A stretch of 64,000 nucleotides of DNA from Alphaproteobacteria bacterium (GTDB lineage: Bacteria > Pseudomonadota > Alphaproteobacteria > CALKHQ01): positions 3,232,001 through 3,296,000 of the forward strand of contig CBDDFZ010000001.1 of NCBI GenBank assembly GCA_965227515.1. The letters run 5' to 3'. The notes below the pieces were generated by a model. It did not search any database, was not told where the DNA came from, and was given only the letters and a program-made list of their open reading frames with translations. The translations under genes and the position numbers were made by a program. Shown here piece by piece: positions 38,231 to 48,463 of this stretch (its first letter is position 1; every line of letters starts with the position of its first letter).

Positions 38231-39439
38231 ATGGCCGCGTCCATCATCAACCGTGTCGAAGTGACCAGCTTCAGCTTCGCCGCCCCCAATCTGGGCGTGG
38301 TCGAAAGCGACGAGCGTGGTGCCGACCATGCCGGCGGCGCGCCTGGCGGCGCCCTGGAGTATGTGCCGGGCGCCAGCACCGACCTGATGCGCTATGCGGT
38401 AGCGATCGAGACCTTGGACGGCTGCCGGGGCGAGTACGTCACCCATTGGGTGGGCAGCCAGGCGGCCTTGGCCCAGACCCTGATGCTGGCGCCGTCGCTG
38501 CTGGGCCGCGATGCCGAGGCGCGCGAAGGCATCTACGACGACCTCAAGCGCGAAATCCGCCAGTTCGACCACATGGGCCATGGGCCGCTGGATATCGCCC
38601 TGTGGGACCTGGCCGGGCGCAAGTACGGCTGCTCTGTCGCAACCTTGCTCGGCGGCTATCGCACCCGCCTGCCTGCCTATGCCTCCACCTACCACGGCGA
38701 CCGGAATGGCGGCCTGGACAGCAAGGAGGCGTTCGCCGACTTCGCGGTCGCCTGCGGCGAGATGGGCTACACCGCCTTCAAGATCCATGGCTGGCACGAA
38801 GGCGACCGGGTCGAGGAAGCCGAGAACGTGCTGCACACCCGCAAGGTCGTCGGCGACCGCATGGTGCTGATGCTGGACCCGGCCTGCGAGCTGCGCACCT
38901 TCGCCGACGCGCTCTATGTTGGCTGCGCCTGCGACGAGGCCGACTATTTCTGGTACGAGGACCCGTTCCGCGATGCCGGCACAAGCGCCTTCGCCCACAA
39001 GCGGCTGCGCGAGAAGATCAAGACCCCGATCCTGCAAACCGAGCACATCCGCGGGCTGGAGCCGAAGGCCGACTTCGTGATCGCCGGCGGCACCGACATC
39101 CTGCGCTCCGACCCCGAATACGACATGGGCATCACCGGCGCGATGAAGACGGCGCACCTGGCCGAGGCGCTGGGGCTGGACTGCGAGGTCCACGCATCGG
39201 GCCCCGCCCACCGCGCGGTGATGAGCGCGATGCGCAACACCAACTACTACGAGGTGGCGCTGGTCCACCCGGATTGCCCGAACGCGATACCGCCGGTCTA
39301 TACGTGCGGCTATACCGACCAACTCGACTGCATCGATGCCGATGGCACGGTGCCGGTGCCCGATGGACCCGGCCTTGGCGTGGATTACGATTGGTCGTAT
39401 ATCGACGCCAACGTCATGAGCCGGCAGGTGTTCTCATGA
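38231..39439 (+). CDS. Mandelate racemase/muconate lactonizing enzyme (enolase superfamily)
   Basis: LDIALWDLAG, LLGG.R..LPAYAS, AFKIH, LMLD, WYEDP, TE, GITG..K.AHLAEA.G...EVH, P.GPGLG. Confidence 0.93.
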   Translation: MAASIINRVEVTSFSFAAPNLGVVESDERGADHAGGAPGGALEYVPGASTDLMRYAVAIETLDGCRGEYVTHWVGSQAALAQTLMLAPSLLGRDAEAREGIYDDLKREIRQFDHMGHGPLDIALWDLAGRKYGCSVATLLGGYRTRLPAYASTYHGDRNGGLDSKEAFADFAVACGEMGYTAFKIHGWHEGDRVEEAENVLHTRKVVGDRMVLMLDPACELRTFADALYVGCACDEADYFWYEDPFRDAGTSAFAHKRLREKIKTPILQTEHIRGLEPKADFVIAGGTDILRSDPEYDMGITGAMKTAHLAEALGLDCEVHASGPAHRAVMSAMRNTNYYEVALVHPDCPNAIPPVYTCGYTDQLDCIDADGTVPVPDGPGLGVDYDWSYIDANVMSRQVFS

Positions 39440-39463
39440 CGGCCCTGTGGGAGGGACCGGATA

Positions 39464-40324
39464 ATGCGTGATTTCGCGCCCGACGGCTTCGATGTCGACG
39501 AGGCCGTCGCCGAGCTGTTGGAGGGCAGCGGCGGCCTGTGTTTCCCCCAGGCCATTTCGCCGGAAAAGGTGGCGGACGTTCGCGCACGGGTGATGGAGCT
39601 CTCCGAATGCGAGGCGCCGAAAGTCACCCACTTCCAGGAGACCGGCGGCGACCAGGACTTGCTGCACAAGCAGCGCCGGGTCTGGAACCTGCTCGCCAAG
39701 GGCGATGTGTTTTCGGAAATGGCGACGCTGCCGGCGGTGATGAAGCTGATGCGCACCTTCCTGGGCGACGAGTTCATCATGGGCTCGATCTGCGCATCGC
39801 GTTTGCTGCCCGGCAGCCCCGGCCAGGAACCGCACATCGACTACCCCTATTGGGACTTCCACAAGCCGAAGAGCTTCCCGGTCCACACCAACGCGACATT
39901 CCCGCTGAACGCGCAGGCGACCATCGTGCTCGACCCGTTCACCGAGGAGTCCGGCGCCACGGCCTTCATGCCGGGATCGCAGCGGCAGATGCGCTATCCC
40001 TCGTCAGAGGACAATTTCTTCGATACATGCGCGCGGATGACCGGCGATCCGGGCGACGTCTTCGTGTTTTTCGGCGCTGCCTGGCACTGCGCCATGCCGA
40101 ACAATTCCGACCACGACCGCTCGGCGATCCTCATCGAGTACCTGCCGAAATTCGTGAAACCAGTGGAGGATATGCTGAGCCATCTGAACGACGACTTCCT
40201 GGACCGGGCGGACCCTTTGCTCCGTCAGCTCCTGGGCTTCGACTACCCCTATCCCCAGAATTTCGAGGCCAGCCCGGCCGTCAGTGCGGAGGGTCGGGGT
40301 GGGACTGAACAGCATGCCAACTGA
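39464..40324 (+). CDS. Phytanoyl-CoA dioxygenase family Fe(II)/2OG enzyme
   Basis: QEPHIDYP (HxD), LDPFTEESGAT..PGS, GDV.VF.G..WH.A..N.S...R. Confidence 0.9.
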   Translation: MRDFAPDGFDVDEAVAELLEGSGGLCFPQAISPEKVADVRARVMELSECEAPKVTHFQETGGDQDLLHKQRRVWNLLAKGDVFSEMATLPAVMKLMRTFLGDEFIMGSICASRLLPGSPGQEPHIDYPYWDFHKPKSFPVHTNATFPLNAQATIVLDPFTEESGATAFMPGSQRQMRYPSSEDNFFDTCARMTGDPGDVFVFFGAAWHCAMPNNSDHDRSAILIEYLPKFVKPVEDMLSHLNDDFLDRADPLLRQLLGFDYPYPQNFEASPAVSAEGRGGTEQHAN

Positions 40325-41033
40325 TATCGATCAGGACACCCAGGCGAAGCTGGCCAAGGTCAGCACCGCCACGCTGACCACCTGCCTGTTCAAGCGCGGG
40401 TTGCGCAATGTCTTCATCCAGGGCATCCACCGCATCAACCCGAAGGCCGGGCGTATGGTCGGCCCTGCGTTCACCATGCGCTATATCCCGGCGCGGGAGG
40501 ATCTGGATACGCTGGACGTGTTCCAGGGCACCAAGCACCCACAGCGCCGCGCGGTGGAGGATATTCCGCCGGGCTGTGTCTTCGTGATCGACAGCCGCAA
40601 GGACGCGCGCGCCGCATCCGCCGGGGATATCCTGATCACCCGCATGATGGTGCGCGGCGTGGCCGGGGTGGTGACCGACGGCGGTTTCCGCGACACGCCG
40701 ACCATCGAGGGATTGGACATTCCCTGCTATCACGCCCATGCGGCGGCACCGACCAATCTGGTGCATCACCACGCGACCGACCTGAACGTGCCGATCGGCT
40801 GCGGCGACGTGCCGGTCTATCCCGGCGACATCATCGTCGGCGACGACGAGGGTGTGGTGGTGATCCCCCGGCACCTCGCCGCCGAGGTCGCCGAGGAGTC
40901 GACGGAAATGACCGCCTACGAGGACTTCGTCTCCGAGCAAGTCCAGGGCGGCGCCGGCATCTTCGGGCTCTATCCGCCAAGCGACGAGTCCCGGGCCAAG
41001 TTCGCCGAGTGGCGCAAGGCCAACGGCCGCTGA
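40314..41033 (+). CDS. RraA-like/HMG aldolase family protein
   Basis: VSTATL, MVGPAFT.R, AGDIL..R...RGVAGVVTDG..RD, VPI.CG.V.V.PGDIIVGD.EGVVVIP. Confidence 0.9.
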   Translation: MPTDIDQDTQAKLAKVSTATLTTCLFKRGLRNVFIQGIHRINPKAGRMVGPAFTMRYIPAREDLDTLDVFQGTKHPQRRAVEDIPPGCVFVIDSRKDARAASAGDILITRMMVRGVAGVVTDGGFRDTPTIEGLDIPCYHAHAAAPTNLVHHHATDLNVPIGCGDVPVYPGDIIVGDDEGVVVIPRHLAAEVAEESTEMTAYEDFVSEQVQGGAGIFGLYPPSDESRAKFAEWRKANGR

Positions 41034-41414
41034 ACCCATCGGTTCCTGTACCAGGCTGCGTCTTCACCGTAGGACGCAGCCCGTGTTTTTCTTCAGAACA
41101 TCTCGGGCTGTCTACTTTGAATGTTCATTCAAGATTTCTAGTCTTGGGGTGAAACATGATCATTCAATACATTGCGATCTTGATTGTAATGTTTCGCAAT
41201 CTCGACGCCATAACACGCCAATTTAAGAATAACGAAATCATATAGGGATAGACCGGCAGGCACGCGGTGCCGGGGGCCGGTCATGACAGTGATTTGATTG
41301 CAGCGCCGCTTGACTGACACAAGCTGCAGCGCGCGCCGGTCGGCGTGTCGCGATGCAGCAATGTGCAGACAGGCGCAGTCCGCAGGTGCGGAACGCGCGA
41401 ATGTTGGAACTGTC

Positions 41415-43334
41415 ATGAGCGCGACCTTCGACGACCTGGCCCTTACTCCCGCCCGCGAACGCGGCCCCGGCGCCACAACACCGGACCGGCGCCGGCGCCC
41501 ACGCTTTGGCATGCGCAGGCGTTACGCCCGTGCCATCTCGCTGCGCTTGATCATGGTCGCCGTGCTGGTGACCACGGCGTTGGTGCCGCTTGGCATCTTC
41601 TGGGCCTGGTCGCAGGCGGTCGCCTTTCAGAACCAGATCGACGACGTTGCCGACCGCCACTTGCTGTTGGCGCGCAATCTGACGGCCGCACTCTCGCGCT
41701 ATCAGCGCGATATTCGAGCCACCTTCACCCTGCTGTCCGCCAATGTCGCCAGCGGCGTCGAGATTCCCGGCATGGACGCGATGATGGCGAACCTGGGCAT
41801 TCGCTGCGTATGCCGGGTCGCGCCCGACGGCAGCGTGCGCGAGACCATCGAGGCGCCCGGCATCAGTTGCCCCGATGCCATCCGGCCGGCCCGGCTTGCC
41901 GTGCTGTCCCATGCCTCTGTCGAGGGCGCGGCAACGTTCTCCCACGTGATGGCCGATGCAGCCGGACGGCCCACGCTCTATCTGCTGAAGCGCGACGGCG
42001 GCGATCTCATCATCGGTGCGCTCTCCACCGATCATTTCATCGAGCTGGCCCGGTCGATCTCGTTCGGTGCCAATGGCCATGCCGCAATCGTCGACAACAC
42101 GGGCCGGGTGCTTGCCCACCCGAAGGCTGAGTGGCAGCAGGAGATGCGCGACATCTCAGCCGTGCCCGCCGTGCAGCGCATGCTGAACGGCCAGACTGGC
42201 ATCGGCCAGTTCTACTCCCCTGCCCTGGAAGACGACATGATCGCAGGTTTCAGCGCGGTTCCGGAGACCGGCTGGGGCGTGATGATTCCGCAACCGGTCA
42301 ACGAACTTCGCGATGCGGCGGCCGCGGCCAACCGGTCTGCCTTGCTGATCCTGGGCAGCAGCCTGGTGATTGCCGTGGCGCTGGGGTGGCTGCTGGCGAT
42401 GCGGCTGATCGCGCCGCTTCGCGCGGTGATCGCCGCGGCGCGGCGCATGGCAGGTGGTGAGGTCGGTGCCCGCATACCGACCCAGAACCGCGCGCTGCCG
42501 ATCTCCGAGTTTCGGGAAATCCGCTACGCGTTCAACGGCATGGCCTCGGCGGTGCAGCGCGCCAATGACAAGCAGCGGCAGGCCCGCCGTGCCGCCGACG
42601 ACGCCAACCAGGCGAAGTCGATGTTCCTGGCCAACACCAGCCACGAGTTGCGCACGCCCCTGAACGCCATCATCGGGTTCTCCGAAGCGATGGACCAGGA
42701 GATCTTTGGCCCGATCGGCGAGCCGCACTATCGCGCATACGTTGGCGATATCCGGCAGAGTGCCGGCCATTTGCTACGACTGATCAACGACCTGCTCGAT
42801 ATCTCCAGTTTCGATCTCGGCAAGCTGAAGCTGGCGGAGGCTGAGGTCAGGCTCTCGGTCATCATCGACGCGGTCGCGATCATGACCCGCCGCGCCGCGG
42901 AGGAAATGGATGTCGCCCTGACCTTCGGCACCGCGGGCGACCCCACGGCGCGCAACTGCGTGCTCTGGGTCGATGCGGACCGCCTGTCGCAGATCCTGAT
43001 CAATCTGGTCGACAACGCCCTGCGCCACACCCGTCCGGGCGGGCGCGTGACGGTGAACGGCCAGCGCACGGCCGATGGGGGGATGATGATCCAGGTTGCG
43101 GACAGCGGGTCGGGCATCGCCGCCGACAAGCTTGCCAACGTGATGGAGCCGTTCCAGCGCGGCGAGAAGGCATCGACCCGCAAGGACGAGGGCGTCGGCC
43201 TGGGCCTGGCCATCGTTGGCGCCATCGCGCGCAGCCATCAGGCGGAATTCACCCTCCAGAGCGTCCCTGGCGAAGGCACCACGGCGACCCTGATCCTGCC
43301 GCCGGAGCGTGTCGTCAAGGCGACGCAGCAATAG
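41415..43334 (+). CDS. Cache-HAMP-HisKA-HATPase sensor histidine kinase (orphan)
   Basis: Two TMs, Cache (G.A.IVD..GRVLAHP), HAMP, SHELRTPLNAIIGFS, N box QILINLVDNA, G1 DSGSGI, G2 GVGLGL. Confidence 0.92.
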   Translation: MSATFDDLALTPARERGPGATTPDRRRRPRFGMRRRYARAISLRLIMVAVLVTTALVPLGIFWAWSQAVAFQNQIDDVADRHLLLARNLTAALSRYQRDIRATFTLLSANVASGVEIPGMDAMMANLGIRCVCRVAPDGSVRETIEAPGISCPDAIRPARLAVLSHASVEGAATFSHVMADAAGRPTLYLLKRDGGDLIIGALSTDHFIELARSISFGANGHAAIVDNTGRVLAHPKAEWQQEMRDISAVPAVQRMLNGQTGIGQFYSPALEDDMIAGFSAVPETGWGVMIPQPVNELRDAAAAANRSALLILGSSLVIAVALGWLLAMRLIAPLRAVIAAARRMAGGEVGARIPTQNRALPISEFREIRYAFNGMASAVQRANDKQRQARRAADDANQAKSMFLANTSHELRTPLNAIIGFSEAMDQEIFGPIGEPHYRAYVGDIRQSAGHLLRLINDLLDISSFDLGKLKLAEAEVRLSVIIDAVAIMTRRAAEEMDVALTFGTAGDPTARNCVLWVDADRLSQILINLVDNALRHTRPGGRVTVNGQRTADGGMMIQVADSGSGIAADKLANVMEPFQRGEKASTRKDEGVGLGLAIVGAIARSHQAEFTLQSVPGEGTTATLILPPERVVKATQQ

Positions 43335-43463
43335 GCTGGCCATTCGGTCCCGTCTCCATCGGCGCCTCCAGCGTCGCCAGCTTGTCGGGATGCGCAATTG
43401 TGCGGCACTCGATTTCGTGACAAGCTTTCGCCACACAAAAAAACGTTCTGGAGGAAACACGCC

Positions 43464-44468
43464 ATGATCAAGTGCCGCACTATGTTTGCGACGGGAGCGA
43501 TGACCGCCGTTGCCCTGGCGCTGGCCGCCACCGCCGCCTCGGCGGAGACCATCACCCTGGTCGGCGCCAGCCAGTTCGACGAGGACCACGCGTTCACCAA
43601 GACCATGCGCCGTTTCGAGGAACTGGTGCAGGAATATTACGAGGGCGAGGACGAGGTCGTTTTCGAACTCCACCTGAACAGCGAACTCGGCCTGGAGAAG
43701 GACTACTTCGAGTACATGAGCCAGGGCATCTCGGTCGACTATGCGATCGTGGCGCCCTCCCACATGTCCACCTTCTCCCAGATGGCGCCGTTGATGGACA
43801 TGCCGTTCCTGTTCCGCGATCTGGACCACTGGAACGCGGTGCTGGATGGCGACGCGATGCAGCCCATCGCCGACGACATCTATGAGAACGCGGGTGTGCA
43901 TCTGATCGGCTATGCCGGTGGCGGCACCCGCAACCTGATCGTGAACCGCCCGGTCACCAATATGGAAGAACTGGAAGGCCTGTCGATGCGGGTGATGGGC
44001 GCGCCGATCCAGACCATGATCTTCGAGGCGATCCAGGCGGCCCCCACCGTTATCGCCTATGACGAGGTCTACAACGCGATCCAGACCGGCGTCATCGACG
44101 CGGCCGAGAACGAGGCCGCCGGCATCGAGCAGATGAAGTTCTACGAGGTCGGCCCCCATATCGCGCTGACCCAGCATGCCATCACGGTGCGGCCGCTGTG
44201 CTTCTCCGGCGCCACGTTCGACCGCCTGCCGGAGGACCTGCAGGAAGTCGTCCTGCGCGCGGGCCGCGAGGCCGGTGCCTATGGCCGCGCGCTTGAGTCC
44301 GGGCAGGACTCCGAGAAGCTGGCGACCATGGAAGAAGCCGGCTGGCTGGAGACTCATGAATTTACCGAGCGCGATCAGCTTCTTGAGCTGGCGGCTCCGG
44401 TGAAGGAAGAGTACGCGGAGTCCCTCGGCGCGTCCGAGGTGCTCGCCGCGATCAACGCCGTCAAGTAA
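43464..44468 (+). CDS. dctP: TRAP transporter substrate-binding protein
   Basis: NSELG.E, D.PFLF.D..H, G.RN, L.GL.MRV, EVYNAIQTGVIDAAEN, KFYEV, LTQH. RBS ggagg. Confidence 0.93.
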   Translation: MIKCRTMFATGAMTAVALALAATAASAETITLVGASQFDEDHAFTKTMRRFEELVQEYYEGEDEVVFELHLNSELGLEKDYFEYMSQGISVDYAIVAPSHMSTFSQMAPLMDMPFLFRDLDHWNAVLDGDAMQPIADDIYENAGVHLIGYAGGGTRNLIVNRPVTNMEELEGLSMRVMGAPIQTMIFEAIQAAPTVIAYDEVYNAIQTGVIDAAENEAAGIEQMKFYEVGPHIALTQHAITVRPLCFSGATFDRLPEDLQEVVLRAGREAGAYGRALESGQDSEKLATMEEAGWLETHEFTERDQLLELAAPVKEEYAESLGASEVLAAINAVK

Positions 44469-44604
44469 GGCCGACAGCGGGAACATCCGCACGCCTGCCG
44501 GCCGCCGGTTTGCGCCCTCGCGCGCATCCGGCGGGCGGGGGTGTGCGCCCGCCCCTTGCCCGCCGCGTGCCCCGCCGCGTGCATAGCCTGACACACCGCC
44601 GGCC

Positions 44605-45177
44605 ATGCCTCAGCCTGTGACGCCAGGGGGCGATACGCCCGCCGCGCACCCCAGACCGCACCTGTTCACACGGGTCGTGGCTGGTTACTACCGTGTGCTG
44701 AAGGTCCTGCTGACCGTCCTGATGGCGGTCATCATCGTGCCGGTCACGATGCAGGCCCTGTCCCACAACATCACGGCCGTGCCCAGCTACATCTGGACCG
44801 AGGAGATCGCGCGCTTCTGCTTCGTGTGGATCATCATGATCGGCGCGATGATCGCGGTGCGCGACGGCACCCATTTCGACGTCGATATCCTGCCCGACAC
44901 CATGTCGGCGCGGGTGAACGCGGCGGTGAACCTGTTCGTGCACCTGGCGATCTTCCTCGTCGCCCTCACCTTCCTGGTCTACGGCTACGACTTCGCCGAG
45001 CTGGGGTCGCGGCAACGCTCCGAAATCTCGGGCCTGCCGATGCTGTCGATCTACATCGCCTGGCCGATTGCCGGCGCCTCCTGGGTGCTGTTCCTGGTCG
45101 AGCGGGTGGCGGTCGACCTGAGGAAATTCGCCGCCGGCGACGCGGCGGATCCCGCAAGTTCGGACGGCGCCGCATGA
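44605..45177 (+). CDS. dctQ: TRAP transporter small permease
   Basis: WTEEIARF..VW..MIGA..AVR...HF.VD, 4 TMs. Confidence 0.92.
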   Translation: MPQPVTPGGDTPAAHPRPHLFTRVVAGYYRVLKVLLTVLMAVIIVPVTMQALSHNITAVPSYIWTEEIARFCFVWIIMIGAMIAVRDGTHFDVDILPDTMSARVNAAVNLFVHLAIFLVALTFLVYGYDFAELGSRQRSEISGLPMLSIYIAWPIAGASWVLFLVERVAVDLRKFAAGDAADPASSDGAA

Positions 45178-45187
45178 AGGGCATCCA

Positions 45188-46567
45188 ATGAGCGCGGGTG
45201 AAGTCGCCACCATCATGTTCTCGGTGTTCGGCGTGCTGGTGCTCCTGCGGGTGCCGGTCGCCTTCGCGCTGGGGCTGGCATGCGTCCCGATCTTCATCTT
45301 CGCCGAGCGGCTGACGCCGATCATGCTGCCGCGCGAGATGTTCAAGTCCTACAACGCGTTCGTGCTGCTGGCGGTGCCGTTCTTCCTGCTGGCCGCGAAC
45401 CTGATGAACTCGGCCGGCATCACCGACCGGCTGGTCACCCTGGCCCGCACAATGGTCGGCCACCTGCCCGGCGGGCTCGGTCACATCAACGTCGTGGTGT
45501 CGATGATGTTCGCGGGTATCTCCGGCTCGTCGACCGCGGATGCGGCCGGCATCGGCTCGCTGTTGATCCCCTCGATGCAGAAGCAGGGTTACGATACCCG
45601 TTTCTCGGTGGCGGTCACCGCCTGCTCGTCGGTGATGGGCGTCATCATCCCGCCGTCGATCCTGATGGTGGTGTGGGGCGGGCTGATGACGGTGTCGATC
45701 GGCGGCCTGTTCCTGGCCGGTCTGATTCCCGGCGTGCTGATCGGGCTGTCGATGATGGCCACCGTCTACGTCTACGCCCGCATCTACGGCTATCCGATCT
45801 ATTCGCGCGCCAGCATGGCGGAGTTCATCATCGCGCTGGGCGGCGCGTTCCTGGCGCTGATGACGCCGGCCATCATTGTCGGCGGCATCGTCGGCGGCCT
45901 GTTCACCCCGACCGAGGCATCGGTGGTGGCCGTCATCTACTCCCTGCTGCTGGGCGTGTTCGTCTATCGCTCGATCAAGCCGCGCAACATCCCGAAGGTG
46001 CTGTACGACAGCGCCCGGTTCGCCGCGATCTCGCTGTTCTGCATCGGCACCGCGTCCGCGTTCGGCTGGATCCTGGCCTACTACCGCATTCCGCAGGCGC
46101 TGGTGGACATGATCGCGGTCTGGGAACTGGGCACCATCGGGACAGGGCTGGTCATCGTTGCCGCGTTCCTGGTGTTCGGCATGTTCATCGACGCCATCCC
46201 GGCCATCATCATTCTCGGCACGGTGCTGTGGCCGGTGGCCGAGGCGGCCTGCATCCACCCGATCCACTTCGCCATCATCGGCGTCGTCTCGCTCGCGTTC
46301 GGACTGGTCACCCCGCCCTATGGCCTTTGCCTGCTCATCGCCTGCGCCATCGGCAAGATCAAGGTGCGCCATGCGCTGCGCGACGTGGCCGTGTTGTTGT
46401 TGCCGATGCTGGCCGTGCTGTTGCTGATCGTGGTGCTGCCCGAGATGATCATGGCGCTGCCGCAATGGCTGATGCCGGAATTCGTGCAGGATGTCTGCCC
46501 GATGACCGAGGCGGCGCTCGACCCGACGCTGTCAGATTTGAAGGCGCGCGCTTTCGGCAATCTGTAG
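45188..46567 (+). CDS. dctM: TRAP transporter large permease
   Basis: VPVAFALG, LLAVPFF.LA, GISGSS.AD, IIPPSI, FTPTEA, TPPYG. Confidence 0.94.
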   Translation: MSAGEVATIMFSVFGVLVLLRVPVAFALGLACVPIFIFAERLTPIMLPREMFKSYNAFVLLAVPFFLLAANLMNSAGITDRLVTLARTMVGHLPGGLGHINVVVSMMFAGISGSSTADAAGIGSLLIPSMQKQGYDTRFSVAVTACSSVMGVIIPPSILMVVWGGLMTVSIGGLFLAGLIPGVLIGLSMMATVYVYARIYGYPIYSRASMAEFIIALGGAFLALMTPAIIVGGIVGGLFTPTEASVVAVIYSLLLGVFVYRSIKPRNIPKVLYDSARFAAISLFCIGTASAFGWILAYYRIPQALVDMIAVWELGTIGTGLVIVAAFLVFGMFIDAIPAIIILGTVLWPVAEAACIHPIHFAIIGVVSLAFGLVTPPYGLCLLIACAIGKIKVRHALRDVAVLLLPMLAVLLLIVVLPEMIMALPQWLMPEFVQDVCPMTEAALDPTLSDLKARAFGNL

Positions 46568-47593
46568 CAGGGCGTCGGTCGGCTCCGGCCCCACGACGAC
46601 GAAGGCGTGGCCGCTGTCGCGCCAGCTCACCAGCCCCATCTCGTCGCGCACCGTCTCGGTGAAGCCGGCGTCCTCCCGCTCGGTGGCCAGGAAGCAGAGC
46701 CCGATCACGGTGTCCGCCGCATCGGCATACATGAGCTGCGCCACCGGCGCGCCGTCGATGAACAGCAGCCGCGCGCCCTGGAAATCCAGCCCCTGCGCGG
46801 CAAGGTCGGGAATGGCGAAGTCGAGGCCGAGCCGCGCGCCGAGCCAATCGGTGATGTGCTCGCTCTCGTCGGCCGCCACCTCGACCAGATGGCGGGATTC
46901 CGCGCTATAGGCCCGGTGGTACTGGGCAACCTGGGTCAGCCAGCCATGTCGTATCTGCTCGGTCTCGGCCTGGCGCTCGACGCCGGCGTCGATGCCGGTG
47001 CGATAGGCGAGCGGGATGCCGGCCGCGGCGATCAGGAGCCCGGCGGCCGCCGCCATCGCCCAGCCGGTTGCCGCTGACAGGAACCGCCGCCGGGGGCGGA
47101 ACTGGGCGACGTTGCCCTCGTCCGCCGCTCCCTCCAGCGCGTCGGTTCCGTGGCGCGTCTCGCCCTGCAGTCCGGTCTGCGGCCGCGCGGAAATGTCGGG
47201 CGCGTCCGGCTGCGGGTCCAGCCACGACCGCACGTGCGGCGCTTCCAGCCTGTCGTCGTCCGCCGCCGGCCGGGGCACCTCGCCCGGCGTGTCGGCGGTC
47301 TCGGGCGCGCTCTCCATGGGCGGTGAGGCCGGGCGGCCCTCGCCTCGCGTGGCGCGGACCAGATCCATGGTGACCGGCGCCTGGATCACGGCGTCGAAGG
47401 CGCGCGGCAGCGCGGCATCCAGACTGCGCATCTGCTGCGCCAGGCGCACCAGTTCCGGGTCGTGGGCGATCAGGGCCTCGACCTCGCGCGCGGTCTCCTC
47501 GTCCAGCGCACCGTCCAGCCACGGCGCCAGATAATCGCGCACCGTGCCCGGGTTCAGGCGCGGCAGGCCCTCATATGCCGGGTGGTCAGGCAT
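46532..47593 (-). CDS. Transmembrane anti-sigma factor
   Basis: N-terminal anti-sigma domain (WLDG.LD......VE..I), acidic linker, TM (WAMAAAAGLLI), periplasmic domain W..QVA.YH..Y, LVEV, PDL...GL.F.G.RLL, AQLMY. Overlaps the sigma gene stop. Confidence 0.88.
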   Translation of the reverse strand: MPDHPAYEGLPRLNPGTVRDYLAPWLDGALDEETAREVEALIAHDPELVRLAQQMRSLDAALPRAFDAVIQAPVTMDLVRATRGEGRPASPPMESAPETADTPGEVPRPAADDDRLEAPHVRSWLDPQPDAPDISARPQTGLQGETRHGTDALEGAADEGNVAQFRPRRRFLSAATGWAMAAAAGLLIAAAGIPLAYRTGIDAGVERQAETEQIRHGWLTQVAQYHRAYSAESRHLVEVAADESEHITDWLGARLGLDFAIPDLAAQGLDFQGARLLFIDGAPVAQLMYADAADTVIGLCFLATEREDAGFTETVRDEMGLVSWRDSGHAFVVVGPEPTDALLQIAESARLQI

Positions 47594-48104
47594 TCGCCTG
47601 CTCCGCGGTTGCCGCCGCCAGCGCGCCGCGCGCGCGCGACAGCCGGCTCATCACGGTGCCGATGGGAACCCCCAGATGGTCGGCGGCCTCCTGGTATGAC
47701 CGGCCCTCCACCGACACCAGCATCAGCGCCACGCGCTGGTCCTCCGGCAAGGCCAGGATCAGCCTGTCGAGCAGGGTGAGCTCGGTCCGCGCCTCGGCCG
47801 CCTGGGCCGACCTCTCGTCCACCAGGTCGGCCGTGTCCACGCTGCCCGTACCTGCCCGCACCGCGTTCGCGCGCAACCGGTTCTTCCAGATCGAGTGCAT
47901 TATCGAGAACATCCAGCTGTCCAGCCGCGTGCCCGGCGTGAACTGGTCCATGCGGTCGAGCGCGCGGGCGCAGGCGTCCTGCACCAGGTCGTCGGCGCCA
48001 TCCAGATTGCCGGCGAGGCTGATGCCGAATCGGCGCAGGCGCGGCTGCAACTGAACGAGCGCACCGGGCAGGTCAAAGCCGTCTCCCATTCTGCGGTCGG
48101 CCAT
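47586..48104 (-). CDS. ECF RNA polymerase sigma factor (ECF26-like)
   Basis: PRLRRF...L......ADDLVQD, SWMF.I, LPEDQR..L.LV..EG.SYQEAA..LG.PIGTVMSRLSRAR. Confidence 0.94.
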   Translation of the reverse strand: MADRRMGDGFDLPGALVQLQPRLRRFGISLAGNLDGADDLVQDACARALDRMDQFTPGTRLDSWMFSIMHSIWKNRLRANAVRAGTGSVDTADLVDERSAQAAEARTELTLLDRLILALPEDQRVALMLVSVEGRSYQEAADHLGVPIGTVMSRLSRARGALAAATAEQANA

Positions 48105-48165
48105 GACCCCCTATCCCCGTATCGTCGTCATTCGAGCATACGGATCACGGCGCTGAATATCCGAC

Positions 48166-48191
48166 AACACCTGCGCAAGCATGTTTATTCC
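48166..48191 (-). promoter_or_regulatory. ECF-type promoter for the sigma/anti-sigma operon (autoregulatory)
   Basis: Minus strand reads GGAATAA-acatgcttgcgcag-GTGTT, with the same spacing as the two plus-strand copies. Confidence 0.7.
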
Positions 48192-48235
48192 ACGCACATT
48201 CAAAAAAATATTTGGCGAAAAATTTTGGCTCATCG

Positions 48236-48261
48236 GGAATAAAACCGGGCGGCTGATTGTT
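48236..48261 (+). promoter_or_regulatory. ECF-type promoter for small gene 1
   Basis: GGAATAA-aaccgggcggctga-TTGTT. Confidence 0.7.
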
Positions 48262-48463
48262 TTCACAATGTGTACGGCAGGTGATCGCCACCCGCCAACA
48301 CAACAAAGTTAATCAGTGGAAGGCCAATCGCATACCGATCCAAGCAACCTGATGACATCGGATAACCGCGAAGCGCCAACACTACAATAACAGCGCTACT
48401 CATCGGGTGGATTTTGAAGGTTCAGCATTGAAACGGCTACACGCCCCTCTAACGGAGAAAATC

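Noticed and set aside
36524-39322. 932-aa minus-strand ORF
   Set aside because: Antisense to three well-supported plus-strand genes; no recognisable domain.
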